Assembly: GCF_035084215.1 (NCBI RefSeq)
Contig: NC_090325.1
Location: 121,954,001 to 122,018,000 of the forward strand
DNA: 64,000 nt
Reading direction: 5' to 3'
Source: Heptranchias perlo
Taxonomy: Eukaryota
The notes below the pieces were generated by a model. The model was not told the origin of the DNA and ran no database searches. It saw only the letters and a list, made by a program, of their open reading frames with translations. Position 1 is the stretch's first letter. Each line of letters starts with the position of its first letter. The position numbers were made by a program, and so were the translations under genes. Positions 1 through 10,961 of the stretch are shown here, piece after piece.

Positions 1-263
1 GAATCAACTGCATTTAGCTTTGAAATGTACCCCTTGGTTCCGGCCTGACTGCACCATATTGTATGTTTGGCATCGTCCTGCACTGAGAAATATTTCACAG
101 AATTCAATTAATCAGCCATGTCTCATAAATCTACTGTAATTCTTTGTGGAAGTAACCAAATCAGTGGTTGAGTCCTTTTTGAATGGTCTCGAAAGGGTTA
201 ATTCTCTGATTGGGTGCTCCCGGTGAGGAATGGTACTTGCAGGGTGCAATGGTGGGAAATCAT

Positions 264-915
264 GGCCAAGGAATGGGATCGCATTGCATCCATTTTGCGG
301 GGTCCATCATGGCGGGAAGCTTGTGCGTGCTCATTTCACGATGGAAGTGCACTGCCCACCATATTGGTAATGGCTCCTCCATCAGCGTCCAGGGTGCTCG
401 CCAGAAATAGACGTCAGTCTCTTTGCATGTACAAATCGGGGTGGGGGGTGAGTTAGTGCATGTGTAAGGCACCTTGCCAAAATTGGATTGTGCATGATCA
501 CAACATCTGCCATGCCTGCTGCGGTCAGTTTCTTCTGTCACTTGGCTGCGAAACCAGTGATCCAATGGAGGCTGCTACCAGAAAGGTAAGTTTTCATTTG
601 TTTACTTACCTTATTGTGGAGCCGGCTGCTGCCAGGCACAGCTCAAAGCACCTCCACCCCCCCTGCCCACAACCCCCCCCCCCTGGACTGTTCTTACGAC
701 CACAGATGGTGTCCGAGCCGGCCGATCTTTGTGCCTCCTGGAAACGGCGAGCTGACTCCAGGGCCGCGACTGGTGCCTTCAGCTGGCCGGGAATAAACAA
801 ATGAAACCGGTGGACCAATTTCCCATGGGAGCTGCCACTTTCTTCTTTTGGCACGTGTCGCGTGCGGTGCACCAAATCTTGCTCAGAATTGGGCGCAATC
901 CGATTTCTAGGTCCC
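264..915. mobile_element. Non-autonomous DNA transposon (MITE-like, probably Harbinger-type)
   Basis: Imperfect terminal inverted repeats (GGCCAAGGAATGGG ... CCGATTTCTAGGTCC). It is absent at the paralogous site near 33800, where the flanks are contiguous. Confidence 0.6.
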
Positions 916-1143
916 TGAGCCAATAGTGTATTCTTCCATTTGATCAAATCCACAATGCCTCTCTTCGGGAGACCGAGTTCAAAGCTTCTTCCCTTAAACC
1001 TCATCATTTTGAATGAAATTATAATCACCTCCAATCTCCCATTAAGTGACTGCAATGTGGTGACTTCTGTACATTTTGATGTGGGGAAGTCACGATCTAA
1101 CCACATTCTGCACTGTATTTATTGGGTACATTTTCAGACACTG

Positions 1144-1913
1144 GGGGGTAATTTTAACCCCCAAGAATGGGTGGGTTGGGGGCTGGTGCGCAGTAAAAAT
1201 AGTTGATTTTTGTAGTGGGACCACATCCCGGCTCCAACAGTCCCTCTTTCGGGTTTAACGCAGGTGCATTTCGATAACAGAAACCCAAAAATCCCGTCCC
1301 CACTTAAAGTTGGCGGGATGATATTTAAAGGGGCAATGTACCTCATTGCGATAGTTGAGGCACTTAATTCTTTGTGTATTAGAAACATCAAGTAAATGTA
1401 ACCATTCCTGTTCATGTTTCCCATCACTTATGATTCACGTCAGGTGAAAGCAGGTGAGAAGGAGCAGATCCATGAGATGAATGCCTTTATTGCACTGTCA
1501 GCAGGCCAGGAGGAGCAGGAGTTCTTCATCCAGACCCCAAGCTCACCAGGCATGATCAGAACCCCCACCATCGGCCGACCACTCCCCCCGATGCTGGACT
1601 GCCCCTGATGCTGGACCCCTTCACACCCCGGATGCTAAACCCCCACATAATGCTGGATCCCCCACCCCGATGGTCTCGAAGGCCAACCCGATTTCTTCCA
1701 TGGCCCACGATTTATCTCTCCCCCCTCTCCAACTCACAGCTCCATTCCCTTCCGACAGGCAGCCAACCTGTCAATCTGGCTGCCTGGTGCACACATACTT
1801 ACCTTCAATTGAGTTGCGATTACAGTTTGCGATGCACTCACTTGACCTCCGGTTTCCCCGCACGAATATCTAAGGACACACTGGGTTCCTGGACCCGAGC
1901 TAAAATCATGCCC
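1144..1913 (+). mobile_element. Harbinger-type non-autonomous element (partial copy 14836-15378)
   Basis: Ends GGGGGTAATTTTAAC ... GCTAAAATCATGCCC with 3-bp flanks CTG/TTG. The empty site CACTTGCTCTCC is in the paralogous region near 34025. Related copies lie at 11548-12357 and ~26200-26992. Confidence 0.7.
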
Positions 1914-2855
1914 TTGCTCTCCTGGTGCTGAATCTCACGCGAGGATTTCCAGATCAGAAAATCTGATGCAAAGATGATCGTGTGTCTTATGTGGCACTCC
2001 CAATCTTCAAGGTATTAAAATGATCCATATATCAATGATCACTAGTCAAGGACAGTTGTCAATAGAATAGAAATTATGATAATTTCTAGTCTATTGGTTA
2101 CTGACCTTGACTAGTGATCATTGATATAGAGATAAATTAATCACTTGAAGATCGTTTGAAGAAGAAGGCTCACCACCACCTTCTCAGGACGACTAGGGGT
2201 GGGCAATAAATGCCAGCCTTCTAGTGATGCCCATATCCTGAGAATGAATCATTTAAAATAAAGACTAGAAATCACCGTCGATCACATCATGCTGTGGACA
2301 CTTAATGAGCATTTATCAAATTCTTCTGTCTGGCACCAAACTTGCAAGAAAACATCTCTGTACGTGCAATAACACTGAAGATATTTCTATTCCTGAGTTC
2401 GAGCTGCTGCATCATCAGGCTGAAAATTCATTGCAAGTGGCAAGTGTAATTTACTTTAGAACTACATTTACACCATTGCAGCTCTTTTGAAACTTGGGAC
2501 ATTAAAGTCTAAAGAGTCACGGCATGAAGTTCAGACAGTGAAAGAGAGAGTTATTTCCTCTAAATCACAAGCTTTAGCTCCATTGTCTGGTCTGGTTTTC
2601 TCTAATTATAGTGAGAAAGATCAGTGTTAAAAATGCATCGAGGAGTTCCCCAGTGGGTCAGGTGTAAGACCTGGAACTGGATTATTCTGCAGCTTATCTG
2701 AGGCTACTTGCTTGGGGAACAACATTAAACAAATTATGTGGCACGACCTTATCAGTGTTTAATTGTCTGTCATTTACGGTTGTGTAAAAACAAAAGGAAG
2801 ATTTTATCAACAACACTCCATAAGGAATTGACCACATGATCTTTGACATAAAAAA

Positions 2856-3014
2856 ATCGAAAAATTCAATTTCAGAGGGGGCACAAAATGGGCAGTAGCA
2901 GATCAGCCATCAATGGAAATTAAATGGAAAGAAACATTCAGCAGGATATGTAACGGGTGACTGACCTGCAACCACCCTTTTCATGCCCTTGCCTCAGTTG
3001 AATATTATCCCCAT
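2856..3014. mobile_element. Short MITE remnant in the upstream region of gene 1 (copy at ~16320-16477)
   Basis: Absent from the homologous upstream regions of genes 3 and 4. It ends in AATATTATCCCC and resembles the hairpin MITE at 42646-42809. Confidence 0.5.
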
Positions 3015-3136
3015 TTTTCTAAAAATTGCAGGTAAAACTTTAAAATGAACACATAATTCACCACCAATAGCAACAGATTATCTGCCTTTTGCCATTGTAA
3101 ACTATGTAAAAGTTATGAATATATTTAACACTGCAG

Positions 3137-3254
3137 AAGTGAAGGAACCTCTGACTCAGGAGCAGGGAAATTCCCTTCCACAGGAGCTTCCTATGTTTGA
3201 CAATTTTTACTGCTCGAGATTATGCAAATTGAGAGTAGAGGATCTCAATAAATG
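3137..3254 (+). promoter_or_regulatory. Proximal promoter of gene 1: AP-1, NF-kB, octamer/C-EBP-like site, TATA-like box
   Basis: TGACTCA 3152-3158; GGGAAATTCCC 3165-3175; ATGCAAAT 3222-3229; AATAAAT at ~3248. All lie 110-210 bp upstream of the ATG and are positionally conserved in the paralogs. Confidence 0.75.
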
Positions 3255-3363
3255 GGAGCTCATTGGACCTCTCTTCAACAGAACTTCATTCAGCAGAGAG
3301 AGAGTCACTGAGGTGGACAGAAGATCCTTCAGCAGAAATCCATTCAGCATCTCAAAGTCAAAG

Positions 3364-5243
3364 ATGAGCAGAGCAGCTACTGTGACGATTCTCATCCTGT
3401 TTCTGTGTGCCATTACTACACAGGGTATGTTGTCCTTTGTAATCTTGTGTTTTATTTCTCATTTCACTGTAATTACATAGAATTATGTAAAATAGTACAA
3501 TTCTAAAGGGGGTGCAGGATCAGAGAGACCTGGGGGGTATTCAGTAATTTTAAACCCTTTAACCCAGCACTTTATGATGATAAAAGATTTCCTTATAAAA
3601 AATATGATAGTCATCTCCAGTTTAATGTAATCAGCATGATTAATTTAGACAGATACCTAATATTTCCTTGTGGACCATATGTTGAAAAGATTAAAATATC
3701 TCAACTCTGATACAAAGTGCCAGGATTCTCTCCACCTCAATCGATAATTAAATCTAAGTTAAATGGATCTTTTCACAGGTATTCCAATTCCAGGCACTCA
3801 AGGTCGTTGCCTGTGCACTCAGAACAGCTCCAATTTTATCAATCCACGGCTCATCCGGAGTTTGAAATATATTCCCAAAGGATCCCACTGTGAGACACCA
3901 GAGATAATGTGAGTAAATGTGTCAGAACATCACCATTAACATTTCTCCTTCTGTGACGTTCATTTAATAAACTGTGCTCTTTATTCAAAATATGTTGGAT
4001 CAATCACAGTTTGTTTATGAGGCACATTCGAAGGATTTTCTTTTAATACTTTTGCTAATTTCTCACCTTTCAGTGGGAGACATCCAATTTCTGTGGATTA
4101 GATTTTAAAGGTTTACCTTCTCTTCACAGTGTTACCAAAAGAAATGGGAATAAATTATGTGTGAGTCCTGATGCCGAGTGGGTGAAGATTATCATTAAAG
4201 CCAAGAAAGGTTGGTGTTTGGCAGAATTAAGACTTTGCGTATGAATAAAAGCAGATACAGTGAATTGTTTTTTTAAACCATGTTTGCCCCTCTCCTCCTC
4301 GGTTGAAGGCGTTGACTCCTCTCTGCTATACATTCCCACAGGCTTTTGATGCCCCTGGTACTTTATTCAAGTGCTCATCATTTATGTGTGAGCCTTGACA
4401 GTGAATGTTAGCAAGCTATTCAACCACAGTTGGCATCAGGGCTGAGCCTTACACAAGCCTCACCCAACATCCAAATATGGCACTTCCAGGAGGGGGGGTC
4501 ACTGGATAGCAATCAGGTGAAGGAATGCTGGGTGATTTTATGCTCTCTCTCCCAACAATGCTGAGACCAATTGTCGTACCTTTAGGACCCAGCTGAGATC
4601 AGCCAATTAAGCACAAAACAGGGTCCTTAAGAATAAAATATTTAATATATATCTTCACTTTCATTTCCTTTTCCTGCTGCCTTCTTTCCTTTATGTTAGG
4701 CTCCACAATTTTCTGTTCTGCTGTTTGAAAACTGTAAACTACTTTTTGCGTCATGTTTTAACTTTTTATTATCCGTTCTATTTTACTCTTTAATGTAATG
4801 TGTTCCTGCAGACTCCCATCAGAACGAGGATTTTAAATCCATTTATTTTTTCAAGTTATACAGAAAAGTTGTTTGTGAAAATCTCGACCATCTATTCTCA
4901 CAGTTTTGTGTCATCCACCGTTGTCAGAACTCAGGATTTTGTTCAGCATTTACTGCCTTTGTATTATTCCGCAAATTTGCTTGATTCAACAGGATGGAAG
5001 GAAGAGAAATAATTTTTCTCTCTGGCCCCATGCATCCTGCATGTTAAACCATATTGCAAAATCAATGACTTGGGAATAAAATCATCAGTGTTAGCAATGC
5101 TGCTCATCTTGTGTAAAAGTCAGATTAATAATGCTCCATAATTATATTGCTGAAGATATTGTGCACTATATTAAAGTAAATATCTGTAGTTCGTGGTTAA
5201 AAGTAACTTTTATTTTATTTCAGGTGCCAGACGACACAACTGA
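3364..5243 (+). CDS. ELR-negative CXC chemokine gene 1 (CXCL9/10/11- or CXCL8-like), 96 aa; exons 3364-3424, 3779-3908, 4130-4209, 5224-5243
   Basis: Manual splicing with GT-AG introns (61+130+80+20 nt) gives MSRAATVTILILFLCAITTQG-IPIPGTQGRCLCTQNSSNFINPRLIRSLKYIPKGSHCETPEIIVTKRNGNKLCVSPDAEWVKIIIKAKKGARRHN*. It has a signal peptide, a C-X-C motif, C3 and C4, and a C-terminal WV helix. Exact orthology is unresolved. Confidence 0.95.
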
Positions 5244-5432
5244 GAAATGAAGCCGCAATGGGATGGACTCGACTCCACACCTGGTTAACCTAAAGTACAA
5301 TGAACGTTGAAATGAAGGAAGCTTTGTCCAGGGTGTTAATGCTCTGATATCACCTTCTGATAGCTTGTTCAAGTATTTTCCCTTCAGTGTTTTCTGAAAA
5401 TGATGTCACTGTTCAACCCTGTCACATTGTAA

Positions 5433-6400
5433 GCCTGGATATTAACTTGGAGCCGGGAAGAGAGTGGGGGGATGCTTATTGGACGGGAAACCTGGAAGTG
5501 AAGTTGGCGGGTCGGAATCTGCGATCCCAACTTAGTTGAAGGATAAAAATGTTACTTCTGTATATTGTGCCCAGTTGCCATCCAGATTGACAGGTTGACT
5601 GGATATCAGCCAGGGAGAGATCAGAGTCTTCGGTGTTTGCACGGTGGCGGCGGAGGGGGGCAGTCGGGGAGAGATCGGGATCCTTGGGGGCATGATGGGG
5701 AATGGGGGATGGGAGGAAGGTGAGCAGTCAGCCATTGCTGGGGAGGTAAGAAGTAGGCCATCGTTGTGGAGGTAAGAAGTAGGCCATCGCTGGGGAGGTA
5801 AGAAGTAGGCCATCGCTGGGGAGGTAGGAAGTAGGCCATCGCTGGGGAGGTAAGAAGTAGGCCATCGTTGGGGAGGTAGGAAGTAGGCCATCGCTGGGGA
5901 GGTAAGAAGTAGGCCATCGCTGGGGAGGTAAGAAGTAGGCCATCGCTGGGGAGGTAAGAAGTAGGCCATCGCTGGGGAGGTAAGAAGTAGGCCATCGCTG
6001 GGGAGTGGAGCAATCGGTAATTGTGGTGGTCTCGACAATCAGGAGGGGATCTATGTCATTGGGGGGGGTCCAGAACATCAGGGCGGGTCGGCCGATCATG
6101 GGGGTTACGATCGTGTCGGTGAGCTTGTTGGGCCTGGTGGAAACGTTCCTGCTCCTGGTCCACAAGCAGTGCAATAAAGGCACTGACCTCATCATCCAGC
6201 CCTTCTCGCCTCCTTTTCACTGGCGAGATGCACGAGCCCCGGGAAAGCATGCTGGAGGCGTAAAATTTAAAGTTAAGTCAAATTCAATTTATAAAGATCT
6301 ACTAACGTCTCACAGGGACGTTAATTGATTCTAGAAATACCCACCCACCTGAACTAATTAAGGTCCTGACTGCAGTGAGTAGGCTACTCGCACACATCTA
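5433..6400 (-). mobile_element. Non-autonomous element related to 1144-1913, inserted downstream of the gene 1 stop (copy 18897-19838)
   Basis: Reverse-complement matches to the family motifs CAACCTGTCAATCTGG and GCCTTTATTGCACTG. The right boundary is approximate. Confidence 0.65.
5732..6004 (+). repeat. 26-bp minisatellite (GGGGAGGTAAGAAGTAGGCCATCGCT) x10
   Basis: GGTA recurs every 26 bp from 5745 to 5979. This explains the repetitive ORFs in three frames. Confidence 0.97.
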
Positions 6401-7267
6401 AATGCGCCTCCGTTTGTGGAAGCAATTTCTCTGTAGAAATGATTTAGCGTGTAAAATACCGACATTTTCGAAGGTAGTGCTCCTTATTGTATGATATTAA
6501 CTGGAAGAAACAACATTTTTAAATAGAACTAATCTCTGTGCAGTGAGCAGTAGAAATCTTTGGCACTGAGGGATTTTTCACTGGGTCCAGTTGGCTGGAA
6601 GTTGTGTTGAGTATAACACTGATTTATCAGTCAGTAACGTTGCTACAAGTGACTTTTGTTGTGAATTAATCTTTTGAGTATTTTTGTACCTTTATCTTCA
6701 AATGTATTCAAGTGATTAAAATAAACATGATTTCATATGAAGAATGTATTGTCACTGTTCTTCAATCACCAGCAAAACAGTCGTGTGTCTCTCCAGTAAA
6801 TAAATTTAGTGGACTGACTAATAAAGAGAAATCTGTTCAGGATACACTTTAGACAATGATTGGCATCAACGAGGTGGGCAGGTTATTAAAATGGCAGGTG
6901 GAGGGAGTTCACACAGGGGCCTACTTTACAATCAAAACTCACGCCCAATTATGTCATTGGTGCCGCAATGCAATTTCAACTCAGGGATTCGGTGGGGACG
7001 GTGGGGGGGCGCTTCACGGGTCCAAACCAGACAGGCAGGTCATGGCGGTAGTCAGCAGAGTGGCCGGATGAGGCCATGGTAACTATTTTTATTTAACTTT
7101 TCTGAGGATTTGTCTGGGTCTCAAGGAGCAGGAGTGCTCCCCCGGGCCCAGCAAGGAGTCGTTGGGCCTCCCCTGCCCAGGCCTTCTTTCTCTCTCCCAG
7201 CAACAGCACCTGCTCTCAAATACCTTCAGCCATCCCAGCACTAACTTTATGCTGGGGGCTGTTCCCT

Positions 7268-8146
7268 TAGAAAGGATATGTTGGCCTCGGAGGGAGTGCA
7301 GTGTAGATTTACTAGAATGATGCCTGGACTCCAGGGGTTAAATTATGAGGAGAGATTACACAAACTCGGGTTGTATTCCCTGGAGTTTAGAAGATTAAGG
7401 GGTGATTTGATCGAAGTTTTCAAGATATTGAGAGGAACTGATAGGGTAGATAGAGAGAAATTATTTCTGCTGGTTGAGGAGTCTAGGACATGGGGATATA
7501 GTCTAAAAATTAGAGGCAGGAGTGAAGTTAGGAAACATTTCTATACGCAAAGGGTGGTAGAAGTTTGGAACTCTCTTCCGCAAACGACAGTTGATGCTAG
7601 CTCAATTGTTAATTTTAAATCTGAAATTGATAGATTTTTGTTAACCAACGATATGAAAGAGATATAGGGCTAAGGTGGGTATATGGAGTTAGGTCACAAA
7701 TCATTGAATGGCGGAACAGGCTCGAGGGGCTAAATGGCCTACTTCTGTTCCTGCGTTAAGGGGAGATTTAATAGAGGTGTTCAAAATCATGAAGTGTTTT
7801 GATAGAGTAAATAGGGAGAAACTGTTTCCAGTGATAGAATGATCAGTAATCAGAGAACACAGATTTAAGATAATTGGCAAAAGAACTAGAGGCGACATGA
7901 GGAAAAAATTTTTACACAGCGACTTGTTATGACCTGGAATGCACTGCCTGAAACGGTGGCGGAAGCAGATTCAACAGTAACTTTCAAAAGGAAATTGGAA
8001 AAATACTTGAAGTGGAAAAATTTGCAGGGCTATGGGGAAAGAGCAGGGGAATGGGACTAATTGGATAGCTCTTTCAAAGACCCGGCACAGGCACGATGGG
8101 CTGAATGGCCTCCTTCTGTGCTGTATTATTCTATGATTCTTATTCT
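7268..8146 (+). mobile_element. Two adjacent CR1-type LINE 3' fragments
   Basis: LEGVQ.RFTRMMPGL..LNYEERL.KLGLYSLEFRRLRGDLIEVFK is the CR1 ORF2 C-terminus. A second GDLIEVFK fragment starts at ~7757 and ends in an (ATTCTATG)-type tail. Confidence 0.9.
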
Positions 8147-9049
8147 ATCCCGGTGACTTCAAGCTCCCATTCAAATATCTGCTCCCATCCACCGGCCCTG
8201 ATGTCAATCCCGCTGGTTTTGGGCAGGAGCCAATGCTGCACTATTCAAATGAAGCCCAGGAACTAAAATGACTTGAGCATTGCGCTCATATCTCCGTGGG
8301 AGTTTCCCTCCTGCCCACACCCTGCCCAGGATGCCCTGAGTTAAAATCACCCCCCATAAGTGTTGGTTTCTCCAGAGTGAGCACTTGTCAGACGTCGTAC
8401 TTTTATTGAAGTGAAGTATCGGATAACTGTAACGTAACCAAGTTCTATAAAACTCTTAATACATGTGTGTGGAGACAATGTCAGTTTAGAGATCTTTGTT
8501 CATCACCGACAGGATGTTGGTTGCCCCCCATTTAATGTGGCAATAACCAATGAACTGATGAGGTTTAAGATCCAATCTTCCTGGGCCACCGTTGCTAAGG
8601 ACGCCAAATCAATTCCTGGGACCTTCATTGAGCTGAAACGTTGTCAAAGTTTTTTAGATTTTCTAATTAGATTAGGATTGGTCCCGGTCATGTCACCGGG
8701 CAGATCTTTTCCTCTCTGCTGCCTGAATAATGCAGTCATGCGGTGTTAACTGGGGTTGCTATTGAATTCTAACCAGGGGAAATATTATGGTGAATCGCCA
8801 AGTGGGAGGCAAGCATTCTACAGACATTGGAGGCACTAATCTCCCTTAGGTGTATGATCCGCCTGAATCCTAAGTGCTAATAACACTCAATTTTGTGGCC
8901 TAGCCTCATTTGGATATTTATTCACAATTGCTATGGAAACCCAGGTGGGTCGAGGGATGAAACAACTGGGAGGAGAAGAAAAGTGCGTGCAAGTCAAATT
9001 GAAAGGGATGGAGGCAAATAAAGAGGAGTGTCACAAGAAAGGAGACTAA

Positions 9050-9713
9050 GGCCCCGAATTTCCTGAAATTTGCACCAAAACAGCAGCAGAAGTGCAGCAT
9101 AATGCAAATTTTCAGGGCGAAGAATTAAGGAAATTTGTGCCTAAGTGACTTATGCCAGTTTTACGCTACGTCTCCGTTACCTTCATCTTTTGAATTGAAT
9201 CAGCGAAACCTCTACCGATTCCCTCTGCCGTTCATTAAAGCAGCGCAGGACGCCATCTTGGTAAAGGGCGTATTGAACACTGGCAGTATGCTCCTGGCAT
9301 TTACCTCCTCCACTTTTCCTCCACTTTTCCCTCCAACATATGGCTGGAGGGCCTCCTGGCCCCCTGTGGATACAGGATGAACCTCCTTCTCTCCATCTCT
9401 TGCAACAAGGCCTGCAGTGCATCATCAGAGAACCTTGGTGCACACTCCCTCCCAGATGCAGCCTTCCTTCAAAGTATCGTAGCACAGATTCAATTTTGAA
9501 ACGACTCCCACCACTTCTTGCAGCCACAATGTACCTCCCCTTTAAGAGGTGCAGGCTGCCTTCAAGAAGCGCGAGCAACTCGCGATATCGGGACTCCCTG
9601 CTGATGCGTGCAGCCAATCAACAGTGCAATTAGCGCTGGCTGCATGCAGCAGTCATTTAAAACAGCAGGCAGCGTTAATGTAACCTTTTCAGGGGATTAT
9701 CCAATTTAACCCT
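9050..9713. mobile_element. Probable Harbinger-derived non-autonomous element (copy ~21605-22268)
   Basis: GGCCCCGAATTT ... AATTTAACCC ends. Internal motifs (GCCATCTTGG, TTTAAGAG.TGCAGGCTGC, AGCAGGCAGC) are shared with the subterminal regions of the Harbinger at 28849-32945. Confidence 0.5.
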
Positions 9714-9934
9714 CGCCGTGCCTAATGTACATAAATCGTCGTCTGATGGCTTCACATTTTAATTTCGATACATAAAGTGGGGCTTCAATAAAAACATGGA
9801 GTAACTTCTGCACTGTCCTCAGGCCCCATTAGTTTAAGTTGATTTCCATTTGGTTTACGCTGGTTTTTACGTTCCTGAGATTATCACAAATTTTTCGTGT
9901 ACTTTTCTATATAGAAGTTGTTAAAACAAATCAA

Positions 9935-10065
9935 AGCATCTTACAGCACAGAACGATGCCATTCGAACCATCATGCCTGTGCTGGATCTTTGAAAGAGCT
10001 ATCCAATTAGTCCCACTCCCCTGCTCTTTCCCCATAGCTTGCAAATGTTTCCATTTCAAGTATTT
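9935..10065 (-). mobile_element. CR1 3'-end fragment (others at 10688-10817 and 22490-22620)
   Basis: Reverse complement of the CR1 tail at ~8000-8140. Confidence 0.75.
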
Positions 10066-10961
10066 ATGAAGTATGATTATCATAAAAGGGACAAGACTAC
10101 ATTGTGTTAAATCAAAACTGGAAAAATAGAACGATGCCCTCTCTTGTGAATATTCTTTTCATTTATTCATTTATTGTCATTTGCCTATTTATTGCTGAAC
10201 CAGGCAAACGTACGATACAAATATACAAACAGGTCAGGGAGCAGCAGAACATGTGATAAAATGTATTGCTTTTATGACATCCATTTCTCTTTCAACAGTA
10301 ATTGAATGAATAAAATCCGATGCTACTAATGGAGTCTTAAAACAAATTATCAGTGATAAGTAGATGGGAGCAAAGCCAAACATTGACCCAAAGAGTTACT
10401 TGGTGTATAAAACAATCTGATTTCTTGGAATTCACACGGGTTCACCAACACAGGCTGCTGTTTGAATGAAGTCTAACTCTGGAACTTCCTTAACCACTGA
10501 ACAAACCCCAGGGGGTGGAGTCACCACAGCTACACACTCAACATTTTCCAAATCTGGAAACTGAAACTTGAACCAGCTCCAGATATCCCTGAAGCTCTTA
10601 CGACATCACCAATGTACTAATGGACAGTGACTGTGATCGACATTTGTTGAGGGAAAAAGTGATATCAGCACAAGTTTTCTTACATTATAGAATCACAGAA
10701 TCTTACGTGCAGAAGGAGGCCATTCAGCCCATTGAAAGAGCTATCCAATTAGTCAAACTTTCCCGCTTATTCCCATAGCCCTGTAAATTTTCCTTTCCAT
10801 GTATATATCCAATTCCCATCACTCGCAGATTACTTGTGTGGTTGCTCTGGTTAGCGAGGGAGGGGGGATAGGCCTCGAGGTCTGAAAAGATTGGTGAGGG
10901 GTTAACAAGTGTTTGGTATCATTGGGATTGTGGAATATGGGGTCTGGTTTAGCACATGATT

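Noticed and set aside
3115-3480. 121-aa ORF suggesting an N-terminally extended chemokine (also 16579-16944, 39144-39401 and 62133-62324)
   Set aside because: It runs through the promoter motifs and into intron 1. Only the part from ATG 3364 is signal peptide, and the upstream start differs among paralogs.
5532-6195. Repetitive proteins (PPQRWPTSYL / SPAMAYFL), and a possible CRISPR-like array
   Set aside because: These are translations of a head-to-tail 26-bp minisatellite. There are no unique spacers or cas genes, and the context is eukaryotic.
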